64,000 bases of DNA from Chiloscyllium plagiosum (GCF_004010195.1 NC_057711.1:71338511-71402510); one strand, 5' to 3'; numbered from the stretch's first letter, positions 1 through 14,168 are shown. The notes: generated by a model not told the origin, from the sequence alone. A program made the numbers and translations.

Positions 1-93
1 CGACCTCGATTATCGAGGTCGTCAATATGATTTTCCAAGGTCCGGACTCGCTGCTCGAGAGTCCGGACCTGATCCACGGCCGATTGAGCGGTT

Positions 94-227
94 GTCTTGG
101 AGGTCGCGGCCTTTAGCTCCGCCCCTCCGACTCGGCGTTGAATTTCTTCAATTTCACGGTGTCTCGGAGGTCGCGGCCTTTAGCTCCGCCCCTCCGACTC
201 GGCGTTGAATTTCTTCAATTTCACGGT
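94..227. repeat. 67-bp tandem duplication inside L1 ORF1 (frameshifting)
   Basis: 94-160 and 161-227 are identical except for one base. Confidence 0.95.
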
Positions 228-607
228 CGTGCTTCTGCAGCGCGGCCGAGAGCGACTCCCAACAATTTCTGGATTCGACGATAAAGGCATCGATCTTCGA
301 GTCAAGCTTGGAAAGCATTTCTGCAAGACTTGCTACTGTAGGTAAGTTCCTCGGGGCGGCTGTGGACGCCTCTGCTGCAGCTGGAGAGTGTGGGGGAGGG
401 GTTCCTGCTTGCTGAGAGCTGCGGGCTCCCTTCCCTTTAGTCATTTTAACTTAGGATAAAGTTGCTTAAATGTAATATTACACAACTAATTGAGTTACTA
501 AACTATTATAAATGATTTATAAATGATTTGGTGAGCTTGGTAGGGGGTAGGTGACCCACTGTGCCCAAGTCTTGGGAGGAGCACTATAGACTCAGTCTTA
601 CTGGGTC

Positions 608-627
608 GCCGCCATCTTGGATCCCCC
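608..627 (-). promoter_or_regulatory. YY1-type motif (CAAGATGGCGGC) at the L1 5' end, putative internal promoter element
   Basis: The + strand has gccgccatcttgg at 608-620, next to a terminal G-run, as in mammalian L1 5' ends. Confidence 0.6.
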
Positions 628-1589
628 AGGATCTGAAATTTCTAACAATCACATCCCCATGTGAATTACTGCACCAAGACCAAAGTCTTGTTGGAATATT
701 GGGGTCTCATTTGCTGACAGGACAGCAGGCAAGTCATTGGCCACTGGCAGGCTGTCCCTAGAATGGAGGATCCTGAAGTAGAAGGAGGAGTTACTGGCCA
801 ATCAGACTCCAATGACACTTGCATTCAATAGTGCCACAGAGGGATTATGGCAGCTGGCAGAAAAGCCCTCTGAACTCCAAGATTGTGGCACATTGAAGGC
901 AAAGAAAAGTGGAATAGTAGTGGTGGGGGGAGCAAGTTTACTTTGTTTGGGGTTCTGGGGGTAAAGGGAGGAAGGAGGTTTGGGAAGCAACGACAAGGAG
1001 ATGGCCCCTGTCACTCTTCTGCCCAATGTCCAGTCTCTCGGTTGGACACTGCTTTCCTGCTGAGGTTGTAAGTTGTCCACAAGCTGGCAGCTACAATGAA
1101 CCCATATTGCAACCATCTCACTGCAGCAGAGATAAACCTAGTGGTAGCAGATTGAGGTCCTTAAGTGAATATTAATTGGACATTTAAAGATCTCAGTTCA
1201 TGGTGGAGTGAGAATATCAACAATGGACCTTTCAGGCAAGAATTTCTTCCTGAAGGTAGGAAGGCGGTGGTGTTTGGGTTCACTATCACTCCACCTGACC
1301 TAGTGCCTTTCTCACCTCCAAGCTTACCACCTCTGGTTGCAAAACTTCCATGCTGGATAAGCATGGGATCATTTCATGGAATAATAGAAATTTATAGCAC
1401 AGGCAGAGTCCATTTGACCCATTGAATGGAATGAAATGCTCCTCACCAAGCAGGAGTGCACTGGGATATGAATGGAGGCTTTGGTATAATTTTACAGCAA
1501 GGCTGAGGTTGGAGTTTGTCACTTCCCTACAATCGAAACAGAAAAGAAAAGATACAGTCTTTACACACTTATAATAGAGAAGAAGAGGA

Positions 1590-1830
1590 ATTTCTTCTCT
1601 TAAACGGTAGTGGGTCTGTGGAATTCTTAATGCAGAGGACTGTGTCATTCAGTACGTTCAAGGCTGAGATAGACAGATTTTTAATCAGGAAGGAAACCAA
1701 GGATTATGGGGAAGAGGCAGGAAAATAGAGTTGATTATCAGATCGACCACGACCTTATTAAATGTTGGAGCAGACCCAATGGGCCAAATGGCCTACTTCA
1801 ATTCCTACATTATATGGTCTTATGGTCTGT
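1590..1830 (+). mobile_element. CR1-like LINE 3' end fragment
   Basis: Remnants of the ORF2 C-terminus (VVGLWNS, FKAEIDRFL) and a tatggtcttatggtc tail. Confidence 0.75.
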
Positions 1831-4067
1831 TACCTCTGACTGAAAAACGATCACTTCAAATCCCCTCAAATCTTCTACCAATTATTTTAAATGTGTTCTT
1901 CCTTTTCAAACTTTCTACTAAGGGAAATGGTACGGTCCCAGTGATTTCATCTAGAACCTTTGTAATTTTACTCACCTCAATTAAATATCCCTTCAACATC
2001 TCCTGTTCCAAAGAAAATAGCCTCTGCCCACCTGATTCCTAAAATTCTTCAGTCCTGGCAACACTCCCATGAACCTCCTCTTTACTCTTTCTCATGCAAT
2101 TTCAGCATACCAGAACAAATTAAACATCTTATCTATCTGCATCTTGAGGGATTTGTGGACATGGACTACAAGGCCAACACCATGCCCCACATTCTTAGTT
2201 GGCTGCTCTGGTATTTTGTTGTGTCTTCTCTTGTTCTTTACCCTTCTCAAAACACATTACCTCCTACCTCTTATTTGCCACCTTCTAGCCAGCTGACCAG
2301 TTCATTGATAGCTTCTTGTGGTCTACAGCTTTCTTCTTCATTACAACCCACACAGCCAGCTAAAAACAAGGCCAATACTGAATTTACTATACAGAAGATA
2401 CCAATTGCTTTTACTACAAGCTTCCATAAATTACATCATAAAAAATGATCAGTACGTATCATCGAAATGTTTTATGAATATTGATAATATTTATGCCAAA
2501 TTTCAAGTTTACGGTCAGCTGCAAAAATGTTTTGTGTTAATTTCTAATCTGCATAAAATGTTTTTACCTGATTACTTGTTAAGCGAGGCATATATGAAAT
2601 CATTGGATAAACTGAGAATTTCCCAATTGAGTACTCTTGATAATAACAAGCATTATTAATTCTCTTTCAAATATAGCACAGTTGGGAAGAAAGGAAGCTT
2701 TTATAATATTTTCTTTATAATGAGTCAAACAAATCTTTGTTTGGTTTCGTTTCCAAGATCAGACATTGTATACACATTCAATTTAATCTTGCATTGAACA
2801 CATGTTATTGGATTACTAGCTTTATAATTTTGTGTCTCAGAGGTCAAGGTTTCAAATAGAATAATATGATGCTTCATCAGTGGTGAAACAGCTATTGATC
2901 TTTAAAATTGATTAATTATGACACAAAATGGCTTATTCTTACATTAATTGTCACTTTAGGTCTCATATTCCTCCATAATTCATCTAAAATCAATGCCACA
3001 TCTAATGTAGGAGCAATGTTTTTGATATATATGCTACAGTATATAATCATGAATTGCATGTTTGTAATTAGCATAATGATGAGACACAAAGCCAGCAAGG
3101 CATTCTTCCATCATTAGCAATTTATGTTTTCAAACTTGACATTCCTGTATTCAGTGTCAAATTTGAGCGCTGAAAGCATCAATGCTATTGTGAGCTCATT
3201 GTGATATTTTAGAAATGTTAATAAGTCCTGATAAATGTTTTCTCAATCTTTTACATAAGCTTTTTATTTTGTTTCTGCATTAAAGCTGAGAGTGAATTCT
3301 CTGCATTTTTCAGAATTGGATATTGATGTTTTGCTGTACTTTAGATTCATGTTTGCCATCCCACTCATATCCCACTGATAATGCATCGATATTTTATAAA
3401 TCCAATCTTCAGTATTGTCTTAATCCTTAACAAATATTGCAGCATTGAGGTTACATGGTCAAGCAGTTGCCAAGTCAGTGTGATTTGGAACCCCTTCAAA
3501 AATGGAAAACGGATCTCAATTCCAGAATTCCTGATTCTATTCCCAGGGTTTCCAATTTTCACCAGTTATACCAATTATAACATTTAAGGTGAGGGACTAG
3601 TCCAGACTGCTGGACTGCACCCAGCACGTTCGACCTGACCAGCTCCATTGTGGAGATCAGCATAACCGATTCCTCTGAAATTTTCATGGAGTCAGGCCAG
3701 ATATTCAATAGGTCATGGCTCATGGCACATCCAGAGTGTCATGAACCAAAGTCTGAATGAGCAAATCATTTGAATGGTTCCTCATGAACTTCAAGTCGAA
3801 CCAAATGCCTCCTCCCATTGCTAATTGCCTTCTATGCCCACTATAAGATATGGTCTTCCCCCACCCATTCGTCCATGGTATACTTGATGAAAGCAATGAC
3901 TTTTATAGTGAAAGCTGTATGTGTAAAATCCCTTTTAAAAGCATATATTCATTGATGAGTTTCCACTATGTTTAATAAGAATTCCTACTTTAGACTAATG
4001 TCGTACTTGACTAAGGCAATGCACTGGAAACCAAGCCCTATTATTCCTAGAGTTATCACAGAAGTTA

Positions 4068-6997
4068 AAGATAGAGTCAGAGAGATGTACAGCATGGAAC
4101 AGGCCCTTCGGTCCAACTCATCCATGTTGACCATTTATCCCAACCCAATCTAGTCCCATCTGCTAGCACCCGGAACATATCGCTCCAAACTCTTCCTATT
4201 CATATACCCATCAAAATGCCTTTTAAATGTTGCAATTGTACCAGTCTCCACCACTTCTTCTGGCAGCTCACTCCATACACATACCAACCTCTGCGTTGAA
4301 GAGTTGCCCCTAAGGTCTCTTGTATGTATCTTTCCCCTCGCACCCTAAACCTATGCCCTCTAGTTCTGGACTGCCCCACTCCAGGGAAAAGGCTTTGTCT
4401 ATTTATCTTATCCATGCCCCTCATGATTTTGTAAACCTCTATAAGGTCACCCCTCAGCCTCCAACACTCCAGGGAAAACAGCCTTAGCCTCTTCAACCTC
4501 TCCCCATAGCTCAAACCCTCCAACCCTGGCAACATCCTTGTAAATCTTTTCTGAACACTTTTAAGTTTCACAACATCCTTCCGATCGGAAGGAGACCAGA
4601 ATTGCATGCAATATTCCAACAGTGGCCGAACTAATGTCCTGTACAGCTGTAACATGACCTCCCAACTCCTGTACTCAATACTCTGACCAATAAAGGAAAG
4701 CATACCAAATGCCTTCTTCACTATCCTATCTACCAGCGACTCCACTTTCAAGGGCTATGAACCTGCATTCCAAGGTCTCTTTGTTCAGCAACACTCCCTT
4801 GGACCTTACCATTAAATATATAAGTCCTGCTAAGATTTGCTTTCCCAAAATGCAACACCTCACATTTATCTAAATTAAACTTCATCTGCCACTTCTCAGC
4901 TCATTGGTCCACCTGATCAAGATCCCATTGTAATCTGAGTTAATCTTCTTCACTGTTCACTACAGCTCCAATTTTGGTGTCATCTGCAAACTTACTAACT
5001 ATACCTCTTATGCTCACATCCAAATCATTTATATAAATGATGAGAAGTAGTGGACCCAGCACCGATTCTTGTGGCACTCCACTGGTCACAGGCCTCCAGT
5101 TTGAAAAACAACCCTCCACCACCACCTTCTGTCTTCTACCTTTGAGCCCGTTCTGTATCTAAATGGCTAGTTCTCCCCGTATTGCATGAGATCTAACCTT
5201 GCTAACCAGTCTCCCATGGGAACCTTGTTGAATGCCTTACTGAAGTCCATATGGATCACGTCCACTGCTCTGCCCTCATCAATCCTCTTTGTTACTTCCT
5301 CAAAAAACTCAATCAAGTTTGTGAGATGATATCCCACGCACAATGCCATGTTGACTATCCCTAATCAGTCCTTGCCTTTCCAAATGCATGTAAATCCTGT
5401 CCCTCAGGATTCCCTCCAACAACTTGCCCATCACTGATGTCAGTCTCGCCAGTCTATAATTCCCTGGCTTGTCCTTACCACTCTTCTTAAACAGTGGCAC
5501 CACGTTAGCCAACCTCCAATCATCTGTGACTATCGATGATACAAATATCTCAGCACGGGGCCCTGCAATCACTTCCCTAGCTCCCCACGGACGTCCAGGG
5601 TACGCCTGATCAGTTTCTGTGGATTTATCCACTTTTATGCGTTTCAAGACATCCAGCACTTTCTCCTGTGTAATATGGACATTTTTCAAGATGTCACCAT
5701 TTATTTCCCTACATTTATACTTTCCATATCCTTTTCCACAGTAAACACTGAATGCAAAATCCTCATTTAGTACCTCCTCCATCTCCAGCAGTTCCACACA
5801 ATGCCTTGCTGATCTTTGAGGGACCCTATTCTGTCCTTAGTTACCCTTTTGTCCTTAATGTATTTGTAAAGACCCTTTGGATTCTCCTTAACTCTATTTG
5901 CCAAAGCTATCTCATGTCCCCTTTTTGCCCTCCTGGTTTCCCTCTTAGGTATACTCCTACTGCTTTATACTCTTTTAAGGATTCACCCGATCTCTTTTGT
6001 CTGTACCTGACATACGCTCTCTTCTTTTTCTTAATGAAACCCTCAATTTCTTTGGTCATCCAGCATTCTCTATACTTTTCCTTTTATAACTGGAATGTAC
6101 TGCACTCTCGTTATCTCATTTCTGAATGCTTCCCATTTTCCAGCCATCCCTTTGCCTGAGAACATCTGCCCCCAAGTTCTTGCTAATTGCATCAAAAATT
6201 GGCCTTTCTCCAATTTAGAACTTCAACTTTTCGATCTGGTCTATCTTTTTCCATCACTATTTTAAAACTAATAGAATTATGGTCGCTGGTCCCAAAGTGC
6301 TCCCTCACTGACACCTCAGTCACCTGCCCTGCCTTATTTCCCAAGAGTAAGTAATATTCTACTGCATTTATACCCATCTAAGGATTCATTTGATCTATCT
6401 TGTCTATACCTGATATATGCTTCCTCCTTTTTCATAACCAAACCCTCAATTTCTTTAGTCATCCAGCATTCTCTTCACCTACCAGCATTCCCTTTCACCC
6501 TGACAGGAATATACTTTCTCTGGAGTCTTGTTATCTCATTTCTGAAGGCTTCCCATTTTCCAGCTGTCCCTTTACCTGTGAACAACTACCCCCAATCAGT
6601 TTTTGAAAGTTCTTGCCTAATACCGTCAAAATTAGCCTTCCTCCAATTTAGAACTTCAACTTTTAGACCCTGTCTATCATTTTCCATCACTATTTTAAAA
6701 CTAGTAGAATTATGGTCACTGGCCCCAAAGTGCTCCCCCATTGACATCTCAGTCACCCACCCTGCCTTATTTCCCAAGAGTAGATGAAGTTTTGCACCTT
6801 CTCTAGTCGGTACATCCACACATACTGAATCAGAAAATTTTCTTTTACATGCTTAACAAATTCCTCTCCATCTAAACCTTCACACTATGGCAGTCCCAGT
6901 CTATTTTTGGAAAGTTAAAATCCCCTAACATAACCACCCTATTATTCTTACAGATAACTGAGATCTCCTTACAAATTTGCTTCTCAATTTCCTGATC
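4068..6997 (-). mobile_element. CR1 (HER1-like) LINE, degraded ORF2; 5975-6350 and 6380-6783 cover the same consensus segment
   Basis: ORF fragments [10 protein letters not shown]...YINDLD...KFADDTK, PGNYR, LYRTLVRPLLEYC and EHFGxSDHNS (seen twice). Confidence 0.92.
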
Positions 6998-7679
6998 AGG
7001 GAAAATAAATTGGTTTTCTTCAGGCATTCAGTGCATTTTACTGCAGAGGGAAGGATAGCATCTTTCTTTTTGGAGGCCTGATGACTTCTGACCCTTTCAT
7101 TCACATTGAGAAGCTGTTCAGCTACTGGGGAGCCAATCACATAGTTATTAGCAGGCAGAAGGTCTTTGTCATTGCCAAGTGGGCATCATTCCACAAACCA
7201 ATCAGCTTCTTATTGCTGGCTATATCTTCTTTTGTACACACTCTGGCTAGAGTTCATCTGAAACAAAATCTGTCTAGTTGGATGAACGACAGAGCAAATA
7301 ATACCTGCAATAAATGCTGGTAGCTTGCTTTTAAAAAATACAATAATCCTTTCCACAAACCTTTGTCTTTAAAATATCTTTTCTTTCATTTCAGTCCAGA
7401 ATCAAAAATAAAGGAAAATAATAAGATATGGCCTTTATACTAACAAACGAGTCAATCTTCCAGATCTTATAAAGTTTCAATAGCTGAGGCTGCAAGGTAT
7501 TTGAACCATTTCATCTTGTGTAAATAAATGTTGAGAAATTGATGTAGAGCAGTCAGAGCTGACAATAAAACAGGGGCTCAGGTGTTTCAAGAAAATAATA
7601 GCAGGCTGAGCTTACTGCCATCTCAAACAAGAGAAAATCAAACCATTGCCCTTTGACATTCAATCGCATTACTATCACT

Positions 7680-8070
7680 AACTGCCCCATCTGCAGGATT
7701 CTGGAAATTCCAAAGAACTCATATGTCATTAGAAACATTGTAGTTGCAAGAACAGCTTGCAAGCTGAGAGTTCAGTAGAGCCTGTCACCATCTGCAAAAC
7801 ATATTACTTTCCACTTGTTTCGATGGGTATAGTTCCAATAACATGGAGAACCTTGATACCATCCAGGACAAACTAGTCTACTTGAATACCACACCATTAA
7901 TCATCTAAATATTTTACCCTTCCGCCACCAGTGTAAAAGGCAATAGTCAGTACCATCTGCAAAATCGACTGAAGCACATTGACAAGTATTCTTTCACTAC
8001 ACATTCCAGACTCTCTACTACTTGGAGCAATAAGAGCAGCAGATAGGAACACCTAACCATGAACCTTTTG
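7680..8070 (+). mobile_element. Old L2/CR1-group LINE fragment (same family as 60175-60660)
   Basis: Degenerate similarity, e.g. cttgataccatccaggacaaa and agcagcagataggaacacc. Confidence 0.5.
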
Positions 8071-8137
8071 TTCTTCACCACCAAACTGTCCCAACAGACG
8101 CTGCCATTATGGCGCCCAATTTTATGCCATCCCACTT

Positions 8138-8415
8138 CATAGAAGTGGAAGCAGGCCATTTGACTCATCAAGTCAACACCAAACCTCCAAAGAGCAGCCC
8201 ATGCAGACCCAGCCCCCTATTCTATCCCTGTAACCCTGCATTTCCCATGGCCAATCCACCTAACTTGCACATCTTTGGACTATGGGAGGAAACTGGAGCA
8301 CCTGAAGGCAGACACAGGGAGAACATGCAAACTCTGCACAGACAGTCCCCCAAGGGTGGAATTGAACCCAGGTCCCTGGCACAGCAGAGTTAACCAATGA
8401 ACCACTGTGCCACCC
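8138..8415 (-). mobile_element. HE1-like tRNA-derived SINE
   Basis: Minus-strand head gggtggcacagtggtt, B-box ggttcaattcc and the central conserved domain shared with the other copies. Confidence 0.85.
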
Positions 8416-9727
8416 ATAACCTGTCAGCTGACTTCTGGAGTAGGGGTTTTGGTGGTGTAAAATTCAACTCCTTAACTCTGAATGAATTATGTATCTGCTC
8501 AAGGAAGCATGATGAAAAGTTTGTTTGTGTTAAATAACTTTCAATGAACAGACCCTATCTTAAAAGATCCTGGTTAAAACAAACAGTGCTGAGCTGTTAA
8601 ATTAAATTGAATGATCCCATTGAGTGAACCATAACCTGGGTCTGTACAGCTTCAGCCCAATTACAATGAATTCTATTCTTGTTGGCTGATTTGTTAAAAT
8701 TGCACATCTTGTTGTGTCTTACTGAATCTTCCTTCAGGAATTTATTATGACTACATCCAAATAACTTATCTCTGTGTCTGGTGACCTCTTTATTTTGGCA
8801 AATATGACTACAGAACAGTGGGAATGGCTATTTAATCCATAATGTTTAAAAGACAAATTCCTTAATACTAAAGTATGGCTACAACTTTAAAAATCCCACA
8901 TAAGGCCCATTTGGTATTCTATTAACATGCCTATCAGTTTTAAATTTCTGCTGGTTTCAACATTTTAATGTCAAAGTAGCTTGTTAATGGAAAAATAACT
9001 GCCTTTCTGTTAAAGTGTACAAATATTTATGGAAACATAGTGGAAAGCTGCAAGGCAATGTCAAATCTAGTTTCCAGCAACTACTATTATTTCCCAAGAG
9101 CAAATCAATTTAAAACAGTCCCACATCAAATTGTAATCACACAGTTTCAGTATTGTTGTGATAAGTTTATATGGTATAGTTTTTATAAATTTATATTAAA
9201 AAGTTCCAAGAAATTTTGTTTCTTCATGGATTCCATTTGCAGCCATAAAGCTATATTCTAAATTTAAAATCATTACCACTTTTATTATGGAAGTGTTTTG
9301 TGTCTATTCTGAATGTACATTTCACTGCACTCTACATACAGTTACATATTAATTTGTGGTTGAAAATCTGTTTGCAGTTTAGGAGTTAAATAGCTTGCGC
9401 CTTTTTAAGGCTTTCTGTGGAAATTTGAACAAACATTTTTGGTAACTTTAGATCTTTTATTAAAGTCAAGAAAATTTGCGGAAGAAGTTGAGATAATTTG
9501 CACACGGGGTCAAGATGGAAAGTTGTTGAGCGCTGGTCTGCAAGGACAGCTGCAGATCTTCACTGGGGCTACATTGCTGTCTCTCAGATCAAGAATACCC
9601 TTTCCACCCTGAGACGTAGGGGTTTTCTAATGGCTTTTGTTTCATTTATGAGAATCTTACCATGAGGAAGAAGAAATGCAACTCTTGCGACACCAATAAA
9701 TTGACAGCAGAAATTTAAAATAATTAC

Positions 9728-10048
9728 TATAGAACTCCTAAAATGTGGGAACAGGTCATTTGGTCCACACATACCCTCTGCAGCGTAACTCACCAAGACA
9801 AATTTCCCTACCCCATTACTTTACATTTCCCCTGACTAATGCACCTAACTTACACATCTCTGAATACTATGGGCAATTTAGTATGACCTATTCATCTAAC
9901 CTGCCCATCTTTAGACTATGGGAGGAAACCAACACAGATGCAGGGAGAATGCGCAAACTCTACACTGACAGTCCCCCAAGGCTGGAATCAAACCTGGGCC
10001 CCTGGTGCTGTGAGGCAGCAGTGCTAACCACTGAGCCACTGTGCCACT
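9728..10048 (-). mobile_element. HE1-like SINE
   Basis: Minus-strand head gtggcacagtggctcagtggttagcactgctgcctcacagcacc and a CR1-like tail. Confidence 0.88.
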
Positions 10049-13000
10049 CATATTAGGTTAGTAATTTTATGCTATAACAATATTAATCATTGTACTGTAT
10101 CAATCTAGTTATTCTTCAGTACATTGAGCCCCCAAAGTTACAGAGATATTGGATCAATCCAATGTAATTGACTTCAAGCAAAAGTAAGACAGGGTGTGTT
10201 CAATAGTGGATGGTCACTTTGATAGTGTCTGTTTTACATCATTGCTTAAAACTTCAATGCTAGCCAAGATGTTCTTATCTGAAATTCAACAAATGAGAAT
10301 TCACGCATTGACACCACAGGCAGGAGGTCCACAGTGGGTATTGTGCATGCCCAAGAGAAGTCAGTTGACTTGACAAGAGAATGCCACCTCATTTGAACCC
10401 TATGCAGCTGGATATTACAGAAGAAGTTCACTGACCTTACCAGATTTCTACTTTGGACAATTAATTCAGGTACCAGTGTTGACTTTTGTTAAAAAAAAGT
10501 ATCACCTCAAAGACAAGCAGACATTAAATAATTTTGGTAACACGAAATGCAATTTGATGGATCTGTCCAGAATGAGTAGGCATTGCCAATGGCCTTTTTT
10601 GGGATCTATACAAAACGACTTTCCATCCTCCATGTAAATCATCATTTCCTGCTAATGAACAGCCAAACCAGCCTGGTTTGTCTGCGGAAGTTACTATTTT
10701 TCAGGTAAGCTGTCCAAAACATTGCTAAAATCACTTAGGTCAAAGTCTTCTTCATGGAATAAAAAGAGACAGAATCCCAAACTTTGACACTCCTGCTGAG
10801 TTCAAATGAATAGGCTGGTCCATTTCCCTCAACAGCTTTCTCACCACCCTGTAGAGAGTTACTAAAGCCCTTACAACTGGAGCAAAACTACTTTTATATT
10901 CCTTGCCCCTTGCAATAAAGGCCAAAATTCCATTTGCCTTCATAATCATTTCCTGTACCTTCAAGCTAACATTTTGTGATTCATACCTTTTTCGGTTGCA
11001 CATAATTCCTCTTGCAATCTTACTAGCCCTGGGTCTTTTTCCTATCTTAATTTCCCCAAAGGAATTGTTCCATGAGAGCTCTCCAACATCTCTGCCTCCA
11101 TTTGGTGCAAGGATCATCAGATAAGGCATACAACCTCTCTTCCACATTATTTCAAAATGTGTGCTTTCTTCTCCTTCAGAGAAAATATAACATTGCAATG
11201 ATTTTGGATATACTGTATGATAATTACTTCACTCACTGACCTTGCAGAATGCAGCTGCCCAGGGAGTCTGTAGCACCAAATTAACAATGGGTCTTTAACA
11301 TTTCTTTCCCCATCTTCAAGGAAACCCTTTAAAAGGTTTGGGACAAGGTACAGTAACGTCACTGCAAAAACTGCCCTGCACTTTTGATTAATGCACAACA
11401 TAATGACAACATTAAGCCTTCCCAAATCTCCCCCACATTCATTTGCACATTCCCAAAGTAGACACTCACTCACTCTTGCAGTTTGTACAATGCTATTGAG
11501 GTGCTTCCTGCACTCCCCCAATTCAGCGGCCGCTCTAAACTTGTTGCTCTGCACTGCGAGCTGCGTTCCATCTGCTTTGGTCAGAACAGTGGATCTAAAC
11601 TTACAGTCAGTTGGCATCAAGGGCTCCGAACAGGCACTTCATCCCTGCGGAGGAATCACAGGGAGAAGCATCATTGAAATTTGGGGCTGTCCTTTTCCAT
11701 TTGTGATGGTTATCAGTGCTATCCTCCATGTCAGCCATCTGTGGAGTCACAAGGAGAGGTTAAATCCGGACACTCGGATGAAATTATTAGGGATCTGCAT
11801 GTGATTAATTTGTTTTTTCCCCAGCTTACCATGATTGCATTAATCTACCCATGAGTAATTCCACACACAAAAATGTAAAAGTTAGCATTGGAATGTGTGA
11901 ATAATCCAAAACGTTTAACAGCAACAATAAAGTTTTCTTTGTGCTCAAGTGTGCTCAACTCTGGAGCATTTGACATGATCCTTTGCTAAAATCCCCTTTA
12001 AATGACCTTCTTCCAGGTCATAACCTACCAAGATAATTCCTGGATACTCCATCCATTGAGCAACGAGCCCATTCGCAAAAAATGCTGATGACTAAGAACA
12101 CACTTAACAGTCCCTAGCTTCCTGATTAAAGTATAATTGTAAGTCTATCCAAAGCAGGGGTGGGAGTTGATAAACCATGTAATGTGGGCGTGTCTCCTGC
12201 CTACTGCAATGGGACGTAGAATTTAATCCAGGTCCTTTTTCTAAAGCAGAACATAAAATCAGAATTGTGCATGATGACCGAAATGAAGGAACGTAGGTGT
12301 CTCAGAGAGCTGTTGAGCTGTGAAGCTTGTCTATTGTACTCTACAGCATGAGCAAGTAGTCTTTCACAGATTGAAACTCATTGGCTGCCAACAACAGCAC
12401 AAAGAAATTCAATTTGGATTTACAGTTATGGAGGAATATCCTGGCTAATAAAATTGAGCAATGTATATGAACATTAGATAGATATAATAAAGACATTTCT
12501 TTATCACAGTCAGTTCCATTTGGCAAGATTTTTGACGTTAAAAGATCATATTTCTTGTGCAGATTAACTTTGGACAAATGCTTAAGTATTTTTCTGATTG
12601 AAAGTGCATGTGTAGTTTGGTATGAACTCTGACAGTGGCTAAGTCAGTGTTCACACCACTTATTACACCTTATTAATATACTAATTAGCCAATTTCCAGT
12701 CCAATCCCACGAGCAAATTGGCAACAGCAGGAACACTGATTATGCCAAATGTTAAACCTTTGCAACATATTTAAAATACAGACAAATTGTGGCAAAGTTT
12801 ACTTTGTCCCTGCATAAGACCAGAAAACAAAACCAAAGCAGAAAGGAATACAAATATGACACACCCATGGTATGCCAAATGCAGCCTTTTTTTTGTAAAA
12901 TTCACTCTTTATATTGGAAATTGTTTTAACAGTTAGATTGGGAAAATAATTTAATTTGGTTCAACGTGAGAGTAGGAAAGGAAAAAGAAAAGTTGAGGGC

Positions 13001-13904
13001 AAGGATGCCAATTTTTATCAAGATTAGTGAAAAATTGTCCAGATAATATTAAAATTATTAAATAAAACTACAGCTATTAATGGGAAGTATTTAAGTGGGA
13101 GATCAAAAGTTCTCAGTAAAATAGCAAACATTGAAGGCTTAAAATTGTACTGGCATGGTTTCAAGTCCCATCTGCTCTGGTGGTGTGTAATATCATTGAT
13201 TGGAACATGTAAAATTCTGTAGATAAATCATGAGATTGTATTAAATTTTATATCCAGAAAATAGACATTTAATTTTACCTGGCAGATAATAATAAGGCGG
13301 TGAGGACAATTGTAAAAGTACAACATAACTTTAACAAATTAAAAAGACTAATGCCTCATGTTTATAGGGGTTAGGCTGTTATATTCTATGACGTGATTTG
13401 TGGCATATTTTGGACTGAACATCCAGTGAGGCCTATTGTTTCATCAAAATATTTCGTGCTGCCTTTAATGCTTTCCACAAGTGGCATAGCGAGATTCTTG
13501 CTAAACAGCAGTGAGTTTCCGATTAGAAGAGGTCATTGGTTCTTAAACGTCTCGTTGATAACCCAACATGTCCCATTAATATTCAACTTCCTTGCTTACC
13601 GAATGTACTAATGCAGATAGAAACATCAAGAAAACCCAACAAGGAAATCTGTGTAAGTTCTGAGTGACTTCAGCTTACTGCTTGGTCTGATGCATCTCCA
13701 TCTTGTATACAATCAAACACAGGCACCATCTGCATGTATCTCTTGTCCTGAGTTCTGAAGAAGGGTCACTGGGACTCAAAATGTTAACCTTCTTTTTTTC
13801 TCCACAGATGCAGCCAGACCAGCTGAGTTTGCCCAGTAATTTCTGTTTTAGTTTGTTTTGGAGTTCTAAGATTCAGATTCTATTTGAGCGAGTCAATGTA
13901 GGTC

Positions 13905-14135
13905 AGCAAACACAAGGTGAAAGGAGAATGGAGTTTACTGCAAGTTTAGATATGGGGAACTGAAGTTTGGATGGCCTCAGGTCTACAAAGGGTAGAATGT
14001 GGAAAAACCCCCTGGAGAACATTGGAATGATCAAATCTAGAAGTAATGAAGTTTGGGTTTCAGAAGCAGATGAACTAAGACAAGGAAGAAAGTCAGGGGA
14101 TGTTACAGATGTGAAAATAGGTGGTCTTAGATACA
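13905..14135 (-). mobile_element. Old L2-like LINE fragment
   Basis: Degenerate match to an L2 ORF2 segment as I recall it (tttcagaagcagatgaactaag...gatgttacagatgtgaaaataggtggtctt on the + strand). Confidence 0.5.
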
Positions 14136-14168
14136 CTGGGTGAATCTCAGTCCATCTCAGAACATTTG

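Larger units (their letters stand above)
1..627 (-). mobile_element. 5' end of an L1-clade LINE: 5'UTR plus N-terminal ORF1 (coiled coil), continuing off the window start
   Basis: ORF from ATG 444. Beyond a 67-bp duplication, 1-93 reads TAQSAVDQVRTLEQRVRTLENHIDDLDNRGR, matching the L1 ORF1 coiled-coil end motif (DDLENRSRR-like). The minus strand starts GGGGGATCCAAGATGGCGGCG at ~627. CpG-rich, so probably young. Confidence 0.85.

Noticed and set aside
1..21. Perfect 10-bp hairpin cgacctcgat-t-atcgaggtcg
   Set aside because: Lies within L1 ORF1 codons (DLDNRGR) at the window edge; probably incidental.
10570..10710. Consensus donor CAG|GTAAG as the end of an exon
   Set aside because: No convincing acceptor or recognisable coding frame upstream.
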